Source of the DNA: a virus
DNA length: 64,000 nucleotides
IMG/VR virus record: IMGVR_UViG_3300009347_000009
Span: 511 to 64,510 of that record
Reading direction: 5' to 3' (one strand)
Shown: positions 9,672 through 20,233 of the stretch, one piece after another
Numbering within the stretch: the first letter of the stretch is position 1
Layout of the letters: the number at the start of each line of letters is the position of its first letter
The notes under the pieces: model-generated
Database searches by the model: none
What the model was told of the DNA's origin: nothing
The model's input: only the letters and a program-made list of their open reading frames with translations
Translations under genes and position numbers: made by a program

Positions 9672-12600
9672 CTATTCCAAGAGGCCGAACAGCGTTTTGT
9701 TTTGGCTCCAGATCGGCACGAAGGCCCGCAGTTTCTCCTCGGCCGGCGCAGCGCCGAACAGCATGTCGCCCTTGCCCAGTACCGGGGAAATCGTGCCCCA
9801 GATACTGCGCCCCTGCTCCTGGTTCTCACGCAGATTGATCAGGAACTCGATCGGGCCAAATCCACCCGAGCGGCTGAACGTCTGCTGCAGGTAGTCGAGG
9901 GCGCCCTCGTACTCATTGCGCTGCTGGCCGTTGTAGTAGCGAATCCAGTCGCGCAGCTCCATCGACGCCGCAGCCAGAGGCAGGACGCACAGGCCGAAGA
10001 TCAGCGCCGGCATCGCCACGGCCACGAGCTTGTTGAAGTCCGCCGCGCCCATGTGGCTCCAGCGGCGCTTCATTTCGCGGTACATGCCGAGCATCACGGT
10101 GTCGCCCATGGCGTACAGGAAGTGCTTGAGGTGCCAGATCATCTTGAGGTACGGGTTGTTGCCCCAGTGCGTGGCTTGGAAGCGGCTCGGGTTGAGCGTG
10201 GCCTCGTTCACGAACTGGTTGATCGCATCCCCCACCGCTGCGCTGATCACCTGCAGGTCGGCCGACTGCTCGGGCGACCACGCCGGGCGGCCGGCAGCGT
10301 CCCACGCCAGCACGGTCTTGGCGTCGGTATTGAGCCGGGCCAGCGCGGCGTGGTCACCCTCGGCGGCGGCTTTGAGCACATAGCGCATGGCCACATTGGT
10401 TGCCAGGATGCGCGAGGTACGGACGATCAGCTCGTTGCCGTTGTAGCGGAAGAAGTAGCGCTGCGCTTTGCGGATCATCGGGCTCTGGTACTGCTCACCG
10501 GTTGCCTGCCACATGACCTGCTCCGATGCGTCAGAGAGCACGATACCCATGTCACGGGCAAACTTACGGGCTTCGCCGAGGTCGGTGAACATTTCGCGCA
10601 TGCTCACCCGACCGCCGCCGCGGACCATTGGCATGGCCAGCTCAGGGATCGAGGCGACCCCGGAGAACGCGAGCACCGTCATACCCACCCAACCAGTTAT
10701 GAACTCCTGAGCGTTGCGGAACCAGCCTGGCATGGACTGCGCCGCAGGGTGGCGACCAAGTGCGCCGTTGACCAGGGCCAGCACTTCTTGCGCAGCGTTC
10801 TCGCCCTGCTCGCTGCGGATGATCTGCAGCTGGTCGATGAACTTGGCGTTAGGGTCGAACTCGCCCTTGCGGGTTTCACCGAAAATCGACTCCCACGCCG
10901 CGCGCTTGCTGACGCCATCGACCCAGTGGAACAGCGCCTCGGCATGCTTGCCGAGCACCCAGCCGTCTGCCTTGAGCCGGTCGTAGCCCAGCTTCTCCAC
11001 CAGCTCGCGGTTGGTCTTGTGCATACCGACCGGCATGCCCGGGGCAATGGCGCCCTCCAGTGTGCCGGGGCCGTCCACGATGCGGTTGAAGATTTCGCGG
11101 GCCTCGGCGGCCTCGATGCCGGCGTCAGTCAGCAGCTTCTGGAAATCAGCGGGGCGAGAGGCCAGCGCCTGCCGGTCGAAGACCACCGGGCCGACGGCCT
11201 TGAGGCCCAGGTTGCTGGCTACCAGCAGGTCGGCCAGATCCACGGAACGCAGGCCAGCGCGCTTGGCCTCCACCACCATATCCTCCAGCAGCCGCTTCAC
11301 ACGGTTGCCGAACAGCGTTTTTGGAGTGCCGGTGTAGGCATCCTCGAACGCCGCTTGGATGGCAGCATCGGCCTTGAGGCCCGAGCCCTTAGCAGCGCTG
11401 CGCAGATCAGAGAGCAGGCCGTCAAGCTGGGCCAGCATGCGGCCTTTCAGCGCGCGGCTGCGTTGTTCCCAGCTCTGACCAACCGACGATTGGCGTTCGT
11501 TGGCTGGCTGGAACAAGGCACGGGCAAGCCCCGGGTTGATCCGAGCGATGCGGGTGTGAACCATGCTGTAGAGGGGGGCCAGGCTCTTAACGACGCCGGC
11601 GCCTTTCTTCCAGAACGCGCTGGCCTGAGTCTTGAGCAGCTGGTTGCGGGCCGCGGCTTGCTTGTTGAGCGCCTCGATGCCCGAGGCGTTGTAGACCTTC
11701 GGCTTCTTGCCGAGGAACTCCTCGATGAACGCTAGGCTTTCGGCGTCGAGAGACTCTGTCTCCGCTTCGCTTCTTCCATCATCAGGGCCAGCGCTTCCCT
11801 GTCCTCGTCCGTCATCGGCTGCGAGCGATTCTTCGCGTACAGCCGATCCCACGTCGCTCGCCCGCCCAGAATTGCTTCGCTCACCTGCGTCGCGATTTTG
11901 TTTTGCTGTGACATAGTCACCCCACGTCAGTCGGACGTTCTTGTATTGGTCGTAGCCGTCGTTGGCGCCCATCGCGTTCCAGAAGGCCTGCGCCTCGGGC
12001 ACCGCTTCCACGATGTGGATCGACTCGCCGGAAGCCAGGATGCTGGCGACCAGCATTTCGCCGTGGCCTTTGCGCTTAGTATAAACCTTGATGTCGTGGA
12101 TGGCTTGTACGGAACCGTCGGAGTCGCGCAGCTGGAACACGCCGTGGCCGACGTTCTCCACCACCCCGTACTCGGTCTTCACAAAGAGGTCCACGTCCCA
12201 GAACGAGTTGCCCTCGACCAGCCAAGCGGCGTGCCCCATGTTCAGCAGCCCTACGGCGTTGTCCAACTCCTGGTCGCCGGCGTCCAGCCGCTTGCGACCG
12301 CGGATGGTGGTAAAGCCGTCAGCACTGATCCAGACCGGGCCGCCCGGCGCCTGCAGACGGGTCATCCGGCGCTGCTCGCGGGTGGTGCCCGAGGCGTTGA
12401 ACACCCGCTGGATGTTCGTCTCCGCAGCGGCGCGGGAATCACGGTACTGGCCTTGGAACAAGGAGCGTGCGAAAGCCCGGAAGTGCGGGTTTACGTCGGG
12501 TGACTGGCCGTTGACCTTCTCCCAGATATTGCGCAGGTAGGTGAGCAGCTTGGCGATGGCCTTGGCGATCAGGCTCTTTTCGCCATGCTGCGCGCCCAGT

Positions 12601-15600
12601 GTGCCGGCATCAGAAGCCACAGCCCGGGCGAACTGGTCGGCGAACCACTCGTGCATCTGCACCTCGTTCTGCGGTTCGAAGCCGTATTGGGCCTTGAAGC
12701 CCGCCATCAGCTCGGCGCGGTGCTCGGCCAACAGGCCGTCCCACACTTGGTCCTTCACCACGTGCCCCAGCTCGTGGGCGAAGTCCAGCAGCTGGTGATC
12801 GAGGCTCGGGCGGGAAGCGAGGAACACGACAGGGATGTCATCGGCGTTCATAAAGTAGCCGGATTCACCCGCCGCAATCTGATCGAGGACCAGCTGCTGC
12901 TCGAACAGCGTCAGCTCGGACTGGGCCAGCTGTGTCTCCAACGGGACGCCGGCATCCGCCGCAAAAATCTGCAGCTCGGGGATCGGCACGCCGGCTTCGC
13001 GCAGCGTGGAGAGCAGGCCCTGGAACCGGGCGCCAATACCGGTCGCCGTGCGAGCGTCCCACCAATGGCGGGCTGCCTTGGTCGCGCCGTCCTTGCGGGC
13101 ACGGGCAGTGCTCGGGGGCGTGGCAGTAGGGGCTGGAGTCAGCTTCGACGCTGTGCTCATGGCCTCCAGCCGACCTTCACGGGCCAGCGCGGCAAGAGTC
13201 TCGGCCTGATGCAACTGCGACACCCGGTCGAGCGGATCTGGCCGGTCGATGATCGGGTCGAACTCGCGGGCGGAATCGGCCGCCAGCCCCTTCGGATCGT
13301 TTTCTTCGTCGCGCGGCACGCCCTTCTTACCATCAGTGAGCGCCTGCACCTCGGTGTCAGTCACCACGCCGCCGGCGTCACCCTTCACGGAGTCGCCACG
13401 GGCCAGATCAGTCAGTACCTTCGCCTCCTGGTCGATCGCACCGCCGGTGTTCTCCCACGCTGCCCGGGCACGGGTCAGCTTGGCACGCAGCTTTTTCATC
13501 TGTCCGAGCAGCACCAGACGCTCGGTGTAGACCTCGTCCAGCGTCTTGTCGCCGGCGAACTTGATAGCGCCGACGCGCTCAAAAGCCCCCGCTATGGCAG
13601 CATCCGCTGGCAGGACCGAGCTGCTGGTCGGCTTGCGCGGGTATGCCTTGCGTCCATTGGTGTCGATCTTCTCGCCACGCAGCAGGTCAACCCAGCGGGT
13701 CAGTACCGCCTTCATGTCCTGATCGCGAGGAGCGTCCGTCACCTGGGTGAGCTTCTCCTCCAGCGCCGCGATGTTCTCAGCGGCCTGATCGGTGAGCGCA
13801 TCCACCCGGTCGGACAGTTCATCGACCTCGCGCTGCAGAAGCAGGGCCTCCTCACGGGCGTCCTTTCCGGCGTCCATCGCCTTGAGGGCTTCGCCGAGCG
13901 TCACGGGCTGGCCACTGGCCGGATCGAGGAAGATCACCAGCGAACTCGGCAGTTTGCGTACTACGGCGGCCTCAAGCCAGCTCGGCGAGGCTTCGCGCGG
14001 GCCGGTGGCGGTGAACTCGGTGCGGCGGGTTTCGGCCTGCCGGCCGGCGAGCAAGCGGGACAGGGTTTCGAGAAAGTTGCGCCCGGCCTGCGCCGGGGTA
14101 GCCGGGACCTGCTCGCCCGCCTGGGCGTACTCGGTCAGGCTGATCGCGTCGATGATGCGGCCTGCCAGACTGCCATCGGCAGCCGGTACGGACAGCAGGT
14201 TGGCACCTTTCAACAGCTCGGTGTGAGCTTGGGCGCGACCCGAGCGGAAGCCATGCTTGCGCAGCTGGTCCTCCAACTGCTCCGCGGTCGGCATCAGAGA
14301 GAAGTCCCAGTGCTTGAGGCTGGCGGCGCCGATGGCACCATAGAAGGTGTCGTCCGAACCCTGCTGGTCAGTCAGTAGGCGCGGGTTATCGTCGACCGAG
14401 GCCTCCTCACCTGCTGCGCGTTGGGCAGACGAGAAGCCAGCGGGGTTCAGCGGCGCGCCCTCCTCCTCCAGCTTCACCAGTCGGCGGGCATCGAACTCAT
14501 TAGCCCAGAACTCCTCGAAGCCGTCATGCCCGAGGCCCAGCTCACGCAGGGTCAGCAGCAGCTGCTCAGCAACGGCTGCCGGCTCGCTGCGTGCCTCTTT
14601 TCGCAGCTGCTGGGTGCGCTCCTCCGCGGCCATACCGTCCTCGGTCACGAGCCGAGCAGCCAGCTCCTCAGCCAGCGCCTTGGCCGCACGCTGGTCGGCA
14701 GTGCCATGGACCAGCTCGCCTAGTGCTACAGCGCCGTCCTCCTGCGCGCCATCAGTCAGTCGCTTGAGCACCTCGGGCGTCAGGCCGAAGGCCGTAGCCA
14801 CATGGCGGAGGGCCGACTTGGAGTGGCTGAGTGTCACGCCGAGTTCGGCCAGTACCTGTGCAACGAGGCGGGCCTGCTGCAATGCCGCGCGCTCCTGCTC
14901 CGTTACGCCATCACCAACAGTGTTGTCAGACACGATGGCGGCCAGGGCCTCGACATAGAGCGAGAGGCCGTCATTCCACCCCGACTTGTTGCGGTCGGCC
15001 AGCGGCGTCGAGTTGAGGATGCGGAGGAACCGCACACCCTTGTCGTCCCGGTAGGCGTCAATACCACTGACGGTGGGCACGTAGGTGACCTCGCCGTCTT
15101 CGCTGCGGTTCTCGTCATCGACCAGGACCGAGCCGACCTCGGGATCGGGGGCGCGCTCAACAACGGCGTCTGCCACCAGCTCCATGAATAGCGCCCGGTT
15201 GGGCCCGCCGATGTCGACACCCATGCGCTCCAGCCACGCCTCCAGGAGCATGCGCTGGGCGGAACTCAGGGCATCCAGTCGCTCGTCGATAGTATTGCCG
15301 TCTGGACGCTTGCCGCGCTCGGGGGCAAGCAGCTGTCGCAGCATGGGGTTGCCCATCACCGCGCGGAGGATGCGATCGCCATCCCCGGCCAGCGGGCGGG
15401 GGCGGTTCTCTTGGGTCTGGCTGACAGTGGAAGCGCCGGCAAAAGGATCGGGGCGCTCGCCCTCGCGGCGACCCATCACTTCGCGGCGCAGGCCGGCGTA
15501 GTCCACATCCGCCTCGACCTCGATGCCGAACGCCTCACGGATCGGGGCAAGCTCAGCAGCATCCATCTGATCGAGGGCCGCACCGAAGGCTTCCGGAGAG

Positions 15601-17849
15601 CCGTACTTCTCATTGACCGCAGCCCAGAAGCGCTCCAGCAACTTGGCCCGGGAGGCAAAGACGCTCGGGCGCCCCTTGCTGTCGGTAGCCCGCTGGGCAT
15701 CGACCGTCAGCTCCTCGGGGGCCATATCCACCAGCGGGGCCAGCGGGGCCAGCGACTCAATCGGGGCGCTGCGCTTCTCGCCTTTACCCATGGCCGCAGC
15801 CAGACCGGTGCGGACACGACGCAGCAGAGCTTTGCCGAACTCGCCCTTCGAGTCAGTCCGGTGGACACTCGGGTCAATACCCAGGCGCTCGGCCTCGGCA
15901 ATCAGCTGCTCCGGGGAGTCAATCGGCTTCGGCTGGGTGCGCTCGGCAGCAGTGACGGGCTCGCGTTCGAACACCTCCTGCTGCTTACGGCGCTGTACCT
16001 GGCCGGGCAGGAGCTCTGCTTCCACCGCAGCGGCACGCTCGGTGACAGCAGCGTCGGCGGTCGTGATCGAGGTCGTGGCGTTCGGGAACTTCTGCTCCTG
16101 TGCCGCCCGCACCTCCTCCGCGATACTGGCACCTACGATCTGGTTGCGCAGGACAGCGCCGTTCTGGTCAACCGTCTCGACGACTACAGCACCTTGCGGG
16201 TCAGCCAGCGCCTCGTCCTTGGTCTGCGCATAGCCATTGACCCTGGCAATGTCGGCTTGGGTCGGCTCGTCAGAGAGCGAATCCAGCAACTCCTGGTCGC
16301 CAACCGCCACGCTGCCGTCGGTGAGTTCGCGAAAAGGCTTGCCGACCTCTGTCGCCGCCTGCTTGCCCTGCTCAGCATTCTCGCGGGTGTACCAGTTACC
16401 CTCGCCCGCCGGAGTATTCAGCACCTGGGCGGTGATGTCGCGCAGGGGTTCAGCCGCAGTGTCCTGCAGCCCATCATTCGCGCCCGGTACCGCCGGCGTC
16501 TGGCTGCCGACCAATCGGGTAACCACCTGCCCGGCAGCCGTCGCAGTACCGCCACCGATACCGCCCTTGAGCATGGCGTCGACCACACCCGTCCAGTTGA
16601 TTTCGTGCTCTGGCTTGTGCCCTTGGATGGCCAGCTCGTCCATGAGGGTCTGTGCGCCCTCGGTCACGGACTCGGCGCTGAACGCGGTGAGCGTGGCGCC
16701 GGCTGAGCTTTTCAGCCAGTCGCCGATCTTGAGCGCGTCGCCGGCGTCAGCTTTGTTGAACCCCTTGAACGCTTGGCGCAGGGTGACGTCCAAACCGGCA
16801 TAGTCCAGTGCGGCCTTACCGGCGCCGATCAGCAGTGCCTCACCCGGGGCCTCGATACCCTCGGCGGCGAACTGGTTCTGCGTCTCACCGGTGTTCTGCA
16901 TGTAGGCCGAGGCGAAGGCACCAGCTTTGGCGCCCGGGGCGAAGGCCTCCCAGCCATGCGTGGCCAGCTTGCGCGGCGCTGCGGTAGCCATCGAACCACC
17001 GGTCTTGCGCAACAGCGCCTTGGCCCCGCCGGCCAGCAGCTGCTTGGCCGCGACGGTACCGCCGCCAGTTGCGATGCCGGCGGCCACGTCGGTGAGCATC
17101 TGCGGAGCGAACTCGCCCACAGCCTCAAGCGCGTAGATCCCGGCGTCGGCAAGGCCGTCGATGTCCTCGTAAGACTCGACCTTGGCCGGGTTGCGCATGG
17201 CCTCGATGACGTTGGCCGCTACGCCCTCCTGCCCCCACTCGGAAAGCACGTCGACCCCGGCCACTTGCCCCAGTGCATCGGCGAAGCCATAGAAGGTGCC
17301 CTGCATGTTGTCCACGCCGCGGGCAAAGGCGGCATCGACGTACTCGTAGCCATCGCTGTTGGTAGGGTCAGAGCGGCGTTGCAGCGCGTCAAGCCCGGCG
17401 GTCAGAGAGCCGTCACGCAGCCCACCCATCAGGCGGTCAAGCCGCTCGATACGTGCGTCTTCGGTCAGCTGCATGAACTTCGGATCGTTCGCCAGGACGC
17501 CGCCGGTATCGCCGGTCATCGCCCGGGCGCCCGACAGATACTCGTTCAAGTTCGTGGCGCCACCGAGGCGGGACGGCAAGCCAGTGGCCAGCCCTGCGCC
17601 GAGCATTTCTGCTTCCAGAGTCGGGCCGCCGTCCGGGGCCTCCATCGCCACGAGCTGGCGGCCGAAAGTCTCGCGGTCAGTGACCTGGCGCGGGGTAAAA
17701 CCAAGCTCCGTGGCACGCTCGGCGGCGCCGAGAGCGTGGCTCCAGCCCGGCTGATTGGATTTCTTTTCCGGGGCATCCCCGCCATAGAGTCGGCGGCGCT
17801 CGTCGCCTTCGTAGAAAGTGTCGCCGTCGTACCAGTTGTCGATTGCCAT
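9672..17849 (-). CDS. Giant internal virion (ejection) polyvalent protein, 2725 aa
   Basis: Follows three smaller internal-virion-like genes; contains HELGH + EWFADQFA metallopeptidase motif and a GNAT-like segment. Confidence 0.75.
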   Translation of the reverse strand: MAIDNWYDGDTFYEGDERRRLYGGDAPEKKSNQPGWSHALGAAERATELGFTPRQVTDRETFGRQLVAMEAPDGGPTLEAEMLGAGLATGLPSRLGGATNLNEYLSGARAMTGDTGGVLANDPKFMQLTEDARIERLDRLMGGLRDGSLTAGLDALQRRSDPTNSDGYEYVDAAFARGVDNMQGTFYGFADALGQVAGVDVLSEWGQEGVAANVIEAMRNPAKVESYEDIDGLADAGIYALEAVGEFAPQMLTDVAAGIATGGGTVAAKQLLAGGAKALLRKTGGSMATAAPRKLATHGWEAFAPGAKAGAFASAYMQNTGETQNQFAAEGIEAPGEALLIGAGKAALDYAGLDVTLRQAFKGFNKADAGDALKIGDWLKSSAGATLTAFSAESVTEGAQTLMDELAIQGHKPEHEINWTGVVDAMLKGGIGGGTATAAGQVVTRLVGSQTPAVPGANDGLQDTAAEPLRDITAQVLNTPAGEGNWYTRENAEQGKQAATEVGKPFRELTDGSVAVGDQELLDSLSDEPTQADIARVNGYAQTKDEALADPQGAVVVETVDQNGAVLRNQIVGASIAEEVRAAQEQKFPNATTSITTADAAVTERAAAVEAELLPGQVQRRKQQEVFEREPVTAAERTQPKPIDSPEQLIAEAERLGIDPSVHRTDSKGEFGKALLRRVRTGLAAAMGKGEKRSAPIESLAPLAPLVDMAPEELTVDAQRATDSKGRPSVFASRAKLLERFWAAVNEKYGSPEAFGAALDQMDAAELAPIREAFGIEVEADVDYAGLRREVMGRREGERPDPFAGASTVSQTQENRPRPLAGDGDRILRAVMGNPMLRQLLAPERGKRPDGNTIDERLDALSSAQRMLLEAWLERMGVDIGGPNRALFMELVADAVVERAPDPEVGSVLVDDENRSEDGEVTYVPTVSGIDAYRDDKGVRFLRILNSTPLADRNKSGWNDGLSLYVEALAAIVSDNTVGDGVTEQERAALQQARLVAQVLAELGVTLSHSKSALRHVATAFGLTPEVLKRLTDGAQEDGAVALGELVHGTADQRAAKALAEELAARLVTEDGMAAEERTQQLRKEARSEPAAVAEQLLLTLRELGLGHDGFEEFWANEFDARRLVKLEEEGAPLNPAGFSSAQRAAGEEASVDDNPRLLTDQQGSDDTFYGAIGAASLKHWDFSLMPTAEQLEDQLRKHGFRSGRAQAHTELLKGANLLSVPAADGSLAGRIIDAISLTEYAQAGEQVPATPAQAGRNFLETLSRLLAGRQAETRRTEFTATGPREASPSWLEAAVVRKLPSSLVIFLDPASGQPVTLGEALKAMDAGKDAREEALLLQREVDELSDRVDALTDQAAENIAALEEKLTQVTDAPRDQDMKAVLTRWVDLLRGEKIDTNGRKAYPRKPTSSSVLPADAAIAGAFERVGAIKFAGDKTLDEVYTERLVLLGQMKKLRAKLTRARAAWENTGGAIDQEAKVLTDLARGDSVKGDAGGVVTDTEVQALTDGKKGVPRDEENDPKGLAADSAREFDPIIDRPDPLDRVSQLHQAETLAALAREGRLEAMSTASKLTPAPTATPPSTARARKDGATKAARHWWDARTATGIGARFQGLLSTLREAGVPIPELQIFAADAGVPLETQLAQSELTLFEQQLVLDQIAAGESGYFMNADDIPVVFLASRPSLDHQLLDFAHELGHVVKDQVWDGLLAEHRAELMAGFKAQYGFEPQNEVQMHEWFADQFARAVASDAGTLGAQHGEKSLIAKAIAKLLTYLRNIWEKVNGQSPDVNPHFRAFARSLFQGQYRDSRAAAETNIQRVFNASGTTREQRRMTRLQAPGGPVWISADGFTTIRGRKRLDAGDQELDNAVGLLNMGHAAWLVEGNSFWDVDLFVKTEYGVVENVGHGVFQLRDSDGSVQAIHDIKVYTKRKGHGEMLVASILASGESIHIVEAVPEAQAFWNAMGANDGYDQYKNVRLTWGDYVTAKQNRDAGERSNSGRASDVGSAVREESLAADDGRGQGSAGPDDGRSEAETESLDAESLAFIEEFLGKKPKVYNASGIEALNKQAAARNQLLKTQASAFWKKGAGVVKSLAPLYSMVHTRIARINPGLARALFQPANERQSSVGQSWEQRSRALKGRMLAQLDGLLSDLRSAAKGSGLKADAAIQAAFEDAYTGTPKTLFGNRVKRLLEDMVVEAKRAGLRSVDLADLLVASNLGLKAVGPVVFDRQALASRPADFQKLLTDAGIEAAEAREIFNRIVDGPGTLEGAIAPGMPVGMHKTNRELVEKLGYDRLKADGWVLGKHAEALFHWVDGVSKRAAWESIFGETRKGEFDPNAKFIDQLQIIRSEQGENAAQEVLALVNGALGRHPAAQSMPGWFRNAQEFITGWVGMTVLAFSGVASIPELAMPMVRGGGRVSMREMFTDLGEARKFARDMGIVLSDASEQVMWQATGEQYQSPMIRKAQRYFFRYNGNELIVRTSRILATNVAMRYVLKAAAEGDHAALARLNTDAKTVLAWDAAGRPAWSPEQSADLQVISAAVGDAINQFVNEATLNPSRFQATHWGNNPYLKMIWHLKHFLYAMGDTVMLGMYREMKRRWSHMGAADFNKLVAVAMPALIFGLCVLPLAAASMELRDWIRYYNGQQRNEYEGALDYLQQTFSRSGGFGPIEFLINLRENQEQGRSIWGTISPVLGKGDMLFGAAPAEEKLRAFVPIWSQNKTLFGLLE

Positions 17850-17897
17850 AAAAAAGCCCCGGGTGTCAGTGGTCTGATTTTACCACTGGGCCGGGGC
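17850..17897 (-). terminator. Hairpin plus T6 directly before the giant gene start
   Basis: Minus strand GCCCCGG..CAGTGGT-loop-ACCACTG..CCGGGGC-TTTTTT-ATG. Confidence 0.6.
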
Positions 17898-17914
17898 CTT
17901 TATCAGCAGTGCTG

Positions 17915-19513
17915 TTATCTGCCAGCAGCAGCGAGGCTCTCTTTCGCCGAGCCGCCGGCGGCCTGCTTGAGTGCATAGGCATGCACCTGATCGTCAGACC
18001 ACCCGTTGCCCTTGTTCATGGCCACGTCGTCCACGACCTTGACGTACTCCTCCAGGTCGACGCCTTGGCGAGCGGCATCAATGAAGCGGATCATCCCGGT
18101 CTTCTGACCCCTCTCAGCCATAAACTGGGTGTACGCCGTCAGCGCAGCGTTCACGCTGCGGTCAGTGCGCGCCAGCCGCTGAATCTCGGGCGGCAGGTTG
18201 TCCAGCTGCGCCTGCAGATCAGCTTTGCTGACTGGGGTAGTCGTCTCGGTGACGCCGTCGTCGTTCTTGAACTTCTTCGTCGGGATCGCCACGTTCTTGA
18301 GGATGTTGTCGCGCTCAGTACCCCAGGCCTTCCACTCCTCCGCGGCCAGCTTCGGCGCATCGGCAATAGCCGTCTGGCGCTGCTTGAGGAAACCGGCACC
18401 GCCGAGCGTAGCGCGTTGGCGGTCAAGGCCTGCGAACTGGGCATCCAGCTCGCGCTTGCCATAGCCCTCATGCGCGCCGCGAAGCGAAGTGCGGTAGTTC
18501 AGCTCCTCTTGCGCGGCTTTAACCTCCTGCTGGGCCGCGGTCAGCTTCTGATCGCGCTCGCTTACCGCCGGCTCAATGCCGTATTGACCAGCAAGGCTGG
18601 CAGCAAGGCGGGCGAAACCAGGCTGCTCCTGCTTCGGGAGCTCCTCAGCATTCTGCAGGCCTTGCTGGGCCGCGGCTAGTCGAGCCTCGGAGGCTTTGAT
18701 GCCCGCAGCGTCGCCGCCGCCGGAACGGATGCGCGACTCCACGACGTGCTGATTCTCACGGGCCAACCGCTCCTGCTCCATGCGCTGCAGGTTGTTGGCT
18801 TGAATCTCAGAGACGAGATTCGGGCTCACCAACATGAACGCGGCCTCGTCGAAACCCATTACGGGGACGTCTGTATCGTTCGCTGAGCCGTTCTCGGTGG
18901 CAGGCGCCCACCCCTCGATGGGCTTACCTTCCATGTCCGTCCCCGCCACAGCGGCGGCGAAGCCATTGGGCGTGGCGACCCCTCGCACACCGGTGTAGTT
19001 GCCACGGCCATACCGCGCGGGGTTCTGATACGCCAAGAGGCGCCCCATGGCCTCGTCCAGCCCCTTAGCCTTGAGACGCCGGTTCAGTTCGGCGATGTCG
19101 GTGGTAATTTGACCGGTCTTTGGGTCGATCATTTCCGCCGCGAGAACCAACCGGGTACGCTCCATTTCCTCCTTGAGTTTCCCGTCCCGATAAGTGTCCT
19201 CACTGATCTTGATGCGCCGGCTGTCCAGCGCATTGCGGGCCTGGGCCTCATGCGCCAGGCGCTTTTGCTCCGAGTCGAACTGCCGCTGGTTCTCCTTGAA
19301 AGTGCGGTCGGCCTGCGCGTCCTCTACGCGAAAACGCTCTTGTTTCTGCGCCTGCTCCGACTCATAGCGCGTGTCCTCGATCGCATCACGCGACAGGCGA
19401 TAGGCCTCATTACGCTTGAGGCGCTCCTCCTCGCGCATGGTCTTGTACATATCGAGGCCGGTGGCCGCGCCGTTGTTGAGTCCCTGCAGGACTGCGCCGA
19501 GAGTGTCAACCAT
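17915..19513 (-). CDS. Internal virion protein
   Basis: 532 aa, helical/charged, podovirus ejection gene position. Confidence 0.6.
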   Translation of the reverse strand: MVDTLGAVLQGLNNGAATGLDMYKTMREEERLKRNEAYRLSRDAIEDTRYESEQAQKQERFRVEDAQADRTFKENQRQFDSEQKRLAHEAQARNALDSRRIKISEDTYRDGKLKEEMERTRLVLAAEMIDPKTGQITTDIAELNRRLKAKGLDEAMGRLLAYQNPARYGRGNYTGVRGVATPNGFAAAVAGTDMEGKPIEGWAPATENGSANDTDVPVMGFDEAAFMLVSPNLVSEIQANNLQRMEQERLARENQHVVESRIRSGGGDAAGIKASEARLAAAQQGLQNAEELPKQEQPGFARLAASLAGQYGIEPAVSERDQKLTAAQQEVKAAQEELNYRTSLRGAHEGYGKRELDAQFAGLDRQRATLGGAGFLKQRQTAIADAPKLAAEEWKAWGTERDNILKNVAIPTKKFKNDDGVTETTTPVSKADLQAQLDNLPPEIQRLARTDRSVNAALTAYTQFMAERGQKTGMIRFIDAARQGVDLEEYVKVVDDVAMNKGNGWSDDQVHAYALKQAAGGSAKESLAAAGR

Positions 19514-19523
19514 TGGGGGCTCC

Positions 19524-20231
19524 TTAGAACGCCATCATCGCCATCATCCCGAGCGAGGCGGCGGCGCTGTAAGTCTGCGCCTTCTGCTGGGACTGCTGTT
19601 GTTTGTATGCCGCCTTGTTGGCCGCATCGGCACTGGTGCGAGCGCCTTCGAGCTGGGACGCCGAGCCGAAGTTGCCGAGAGCCTGCTGCCGCAGCTGCTG
19701 GCCGACGTTCATCAGGCCCGCAAGCGTCTGCTTCTGTCGGTCGCGATCGCCGAGGTACGCCGTGTTGCCGGCCGTCAGGGTATTGAGCGTGCCACCCAGC
19801 GCCTGCTGACGGGCCTCACCAGCCGCCTGGGTCGGGGTCACATCGGCGCCGTAACGCTCACGCATGCGGGCCAGCGACGCGCGGGAGCGCACCGCGTCCT
19901 GCTGCGCCGTATCCATCGACTGACCGACCGTCGACTCCTTGAGGGAGTCGATGGTGGTCTGCTCCAGCGGGCGGAAGTCCTGAATGTAACGGTCGAACTC
20001 GTCCCGGCTGATTCGTGCCAGCTGGTCGGCAAGAGGGGTACGTCCGCCCGTCACCGAGCCGCCGCTGCTGGTGCTTTTCGCGGAGGAGAGAAATTTCTGC
20101 CCCGGCTTCCCGCCCGTACCTGTGGCGCTCAACTGCGCGGAGCCCCACAGCCCGCGGGGGGTGCGTTCGGGGCTACGATATCTGTCGGCGACCGTAATAG
20201 AGGCTGCATCCGCGATAGGTGTCTGGCTCAT
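19524..20231 (-). CDS. Internal virion protein
   Basis: Gln/Ala-rich, hydrophobic C-terminal tail. Confidence 0.55.
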   Translation of the reverse strand: MSQTPIADAASITVADRYRSPERTPRGLWGSAQLSATGTGGKPGQKFLSSAKSTSSGGSVTGGRTPLADQLARISRDEFDRYIQDFRPLEQTTIDSLKESTVGQSMDTAQQDAVRSRASLARMRERYGADVTPTQAAGEARQQALGGTLNTLTAGNTAYLGDRDRQKQTLAGLMNVGQQLRQQALGNFGSASQLEGARTSADAANKAAYKQQQSQQKAQTYSAAASLGMMAMMAF

Positions 20232-20233
20232 GG

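Noticed and set aside
9672..17849. N4-type virion RNA polymerase or DarB methylase-helicase
   Set aside because: No T7-type polymerase, methyltransferase or helicase motifs recognised
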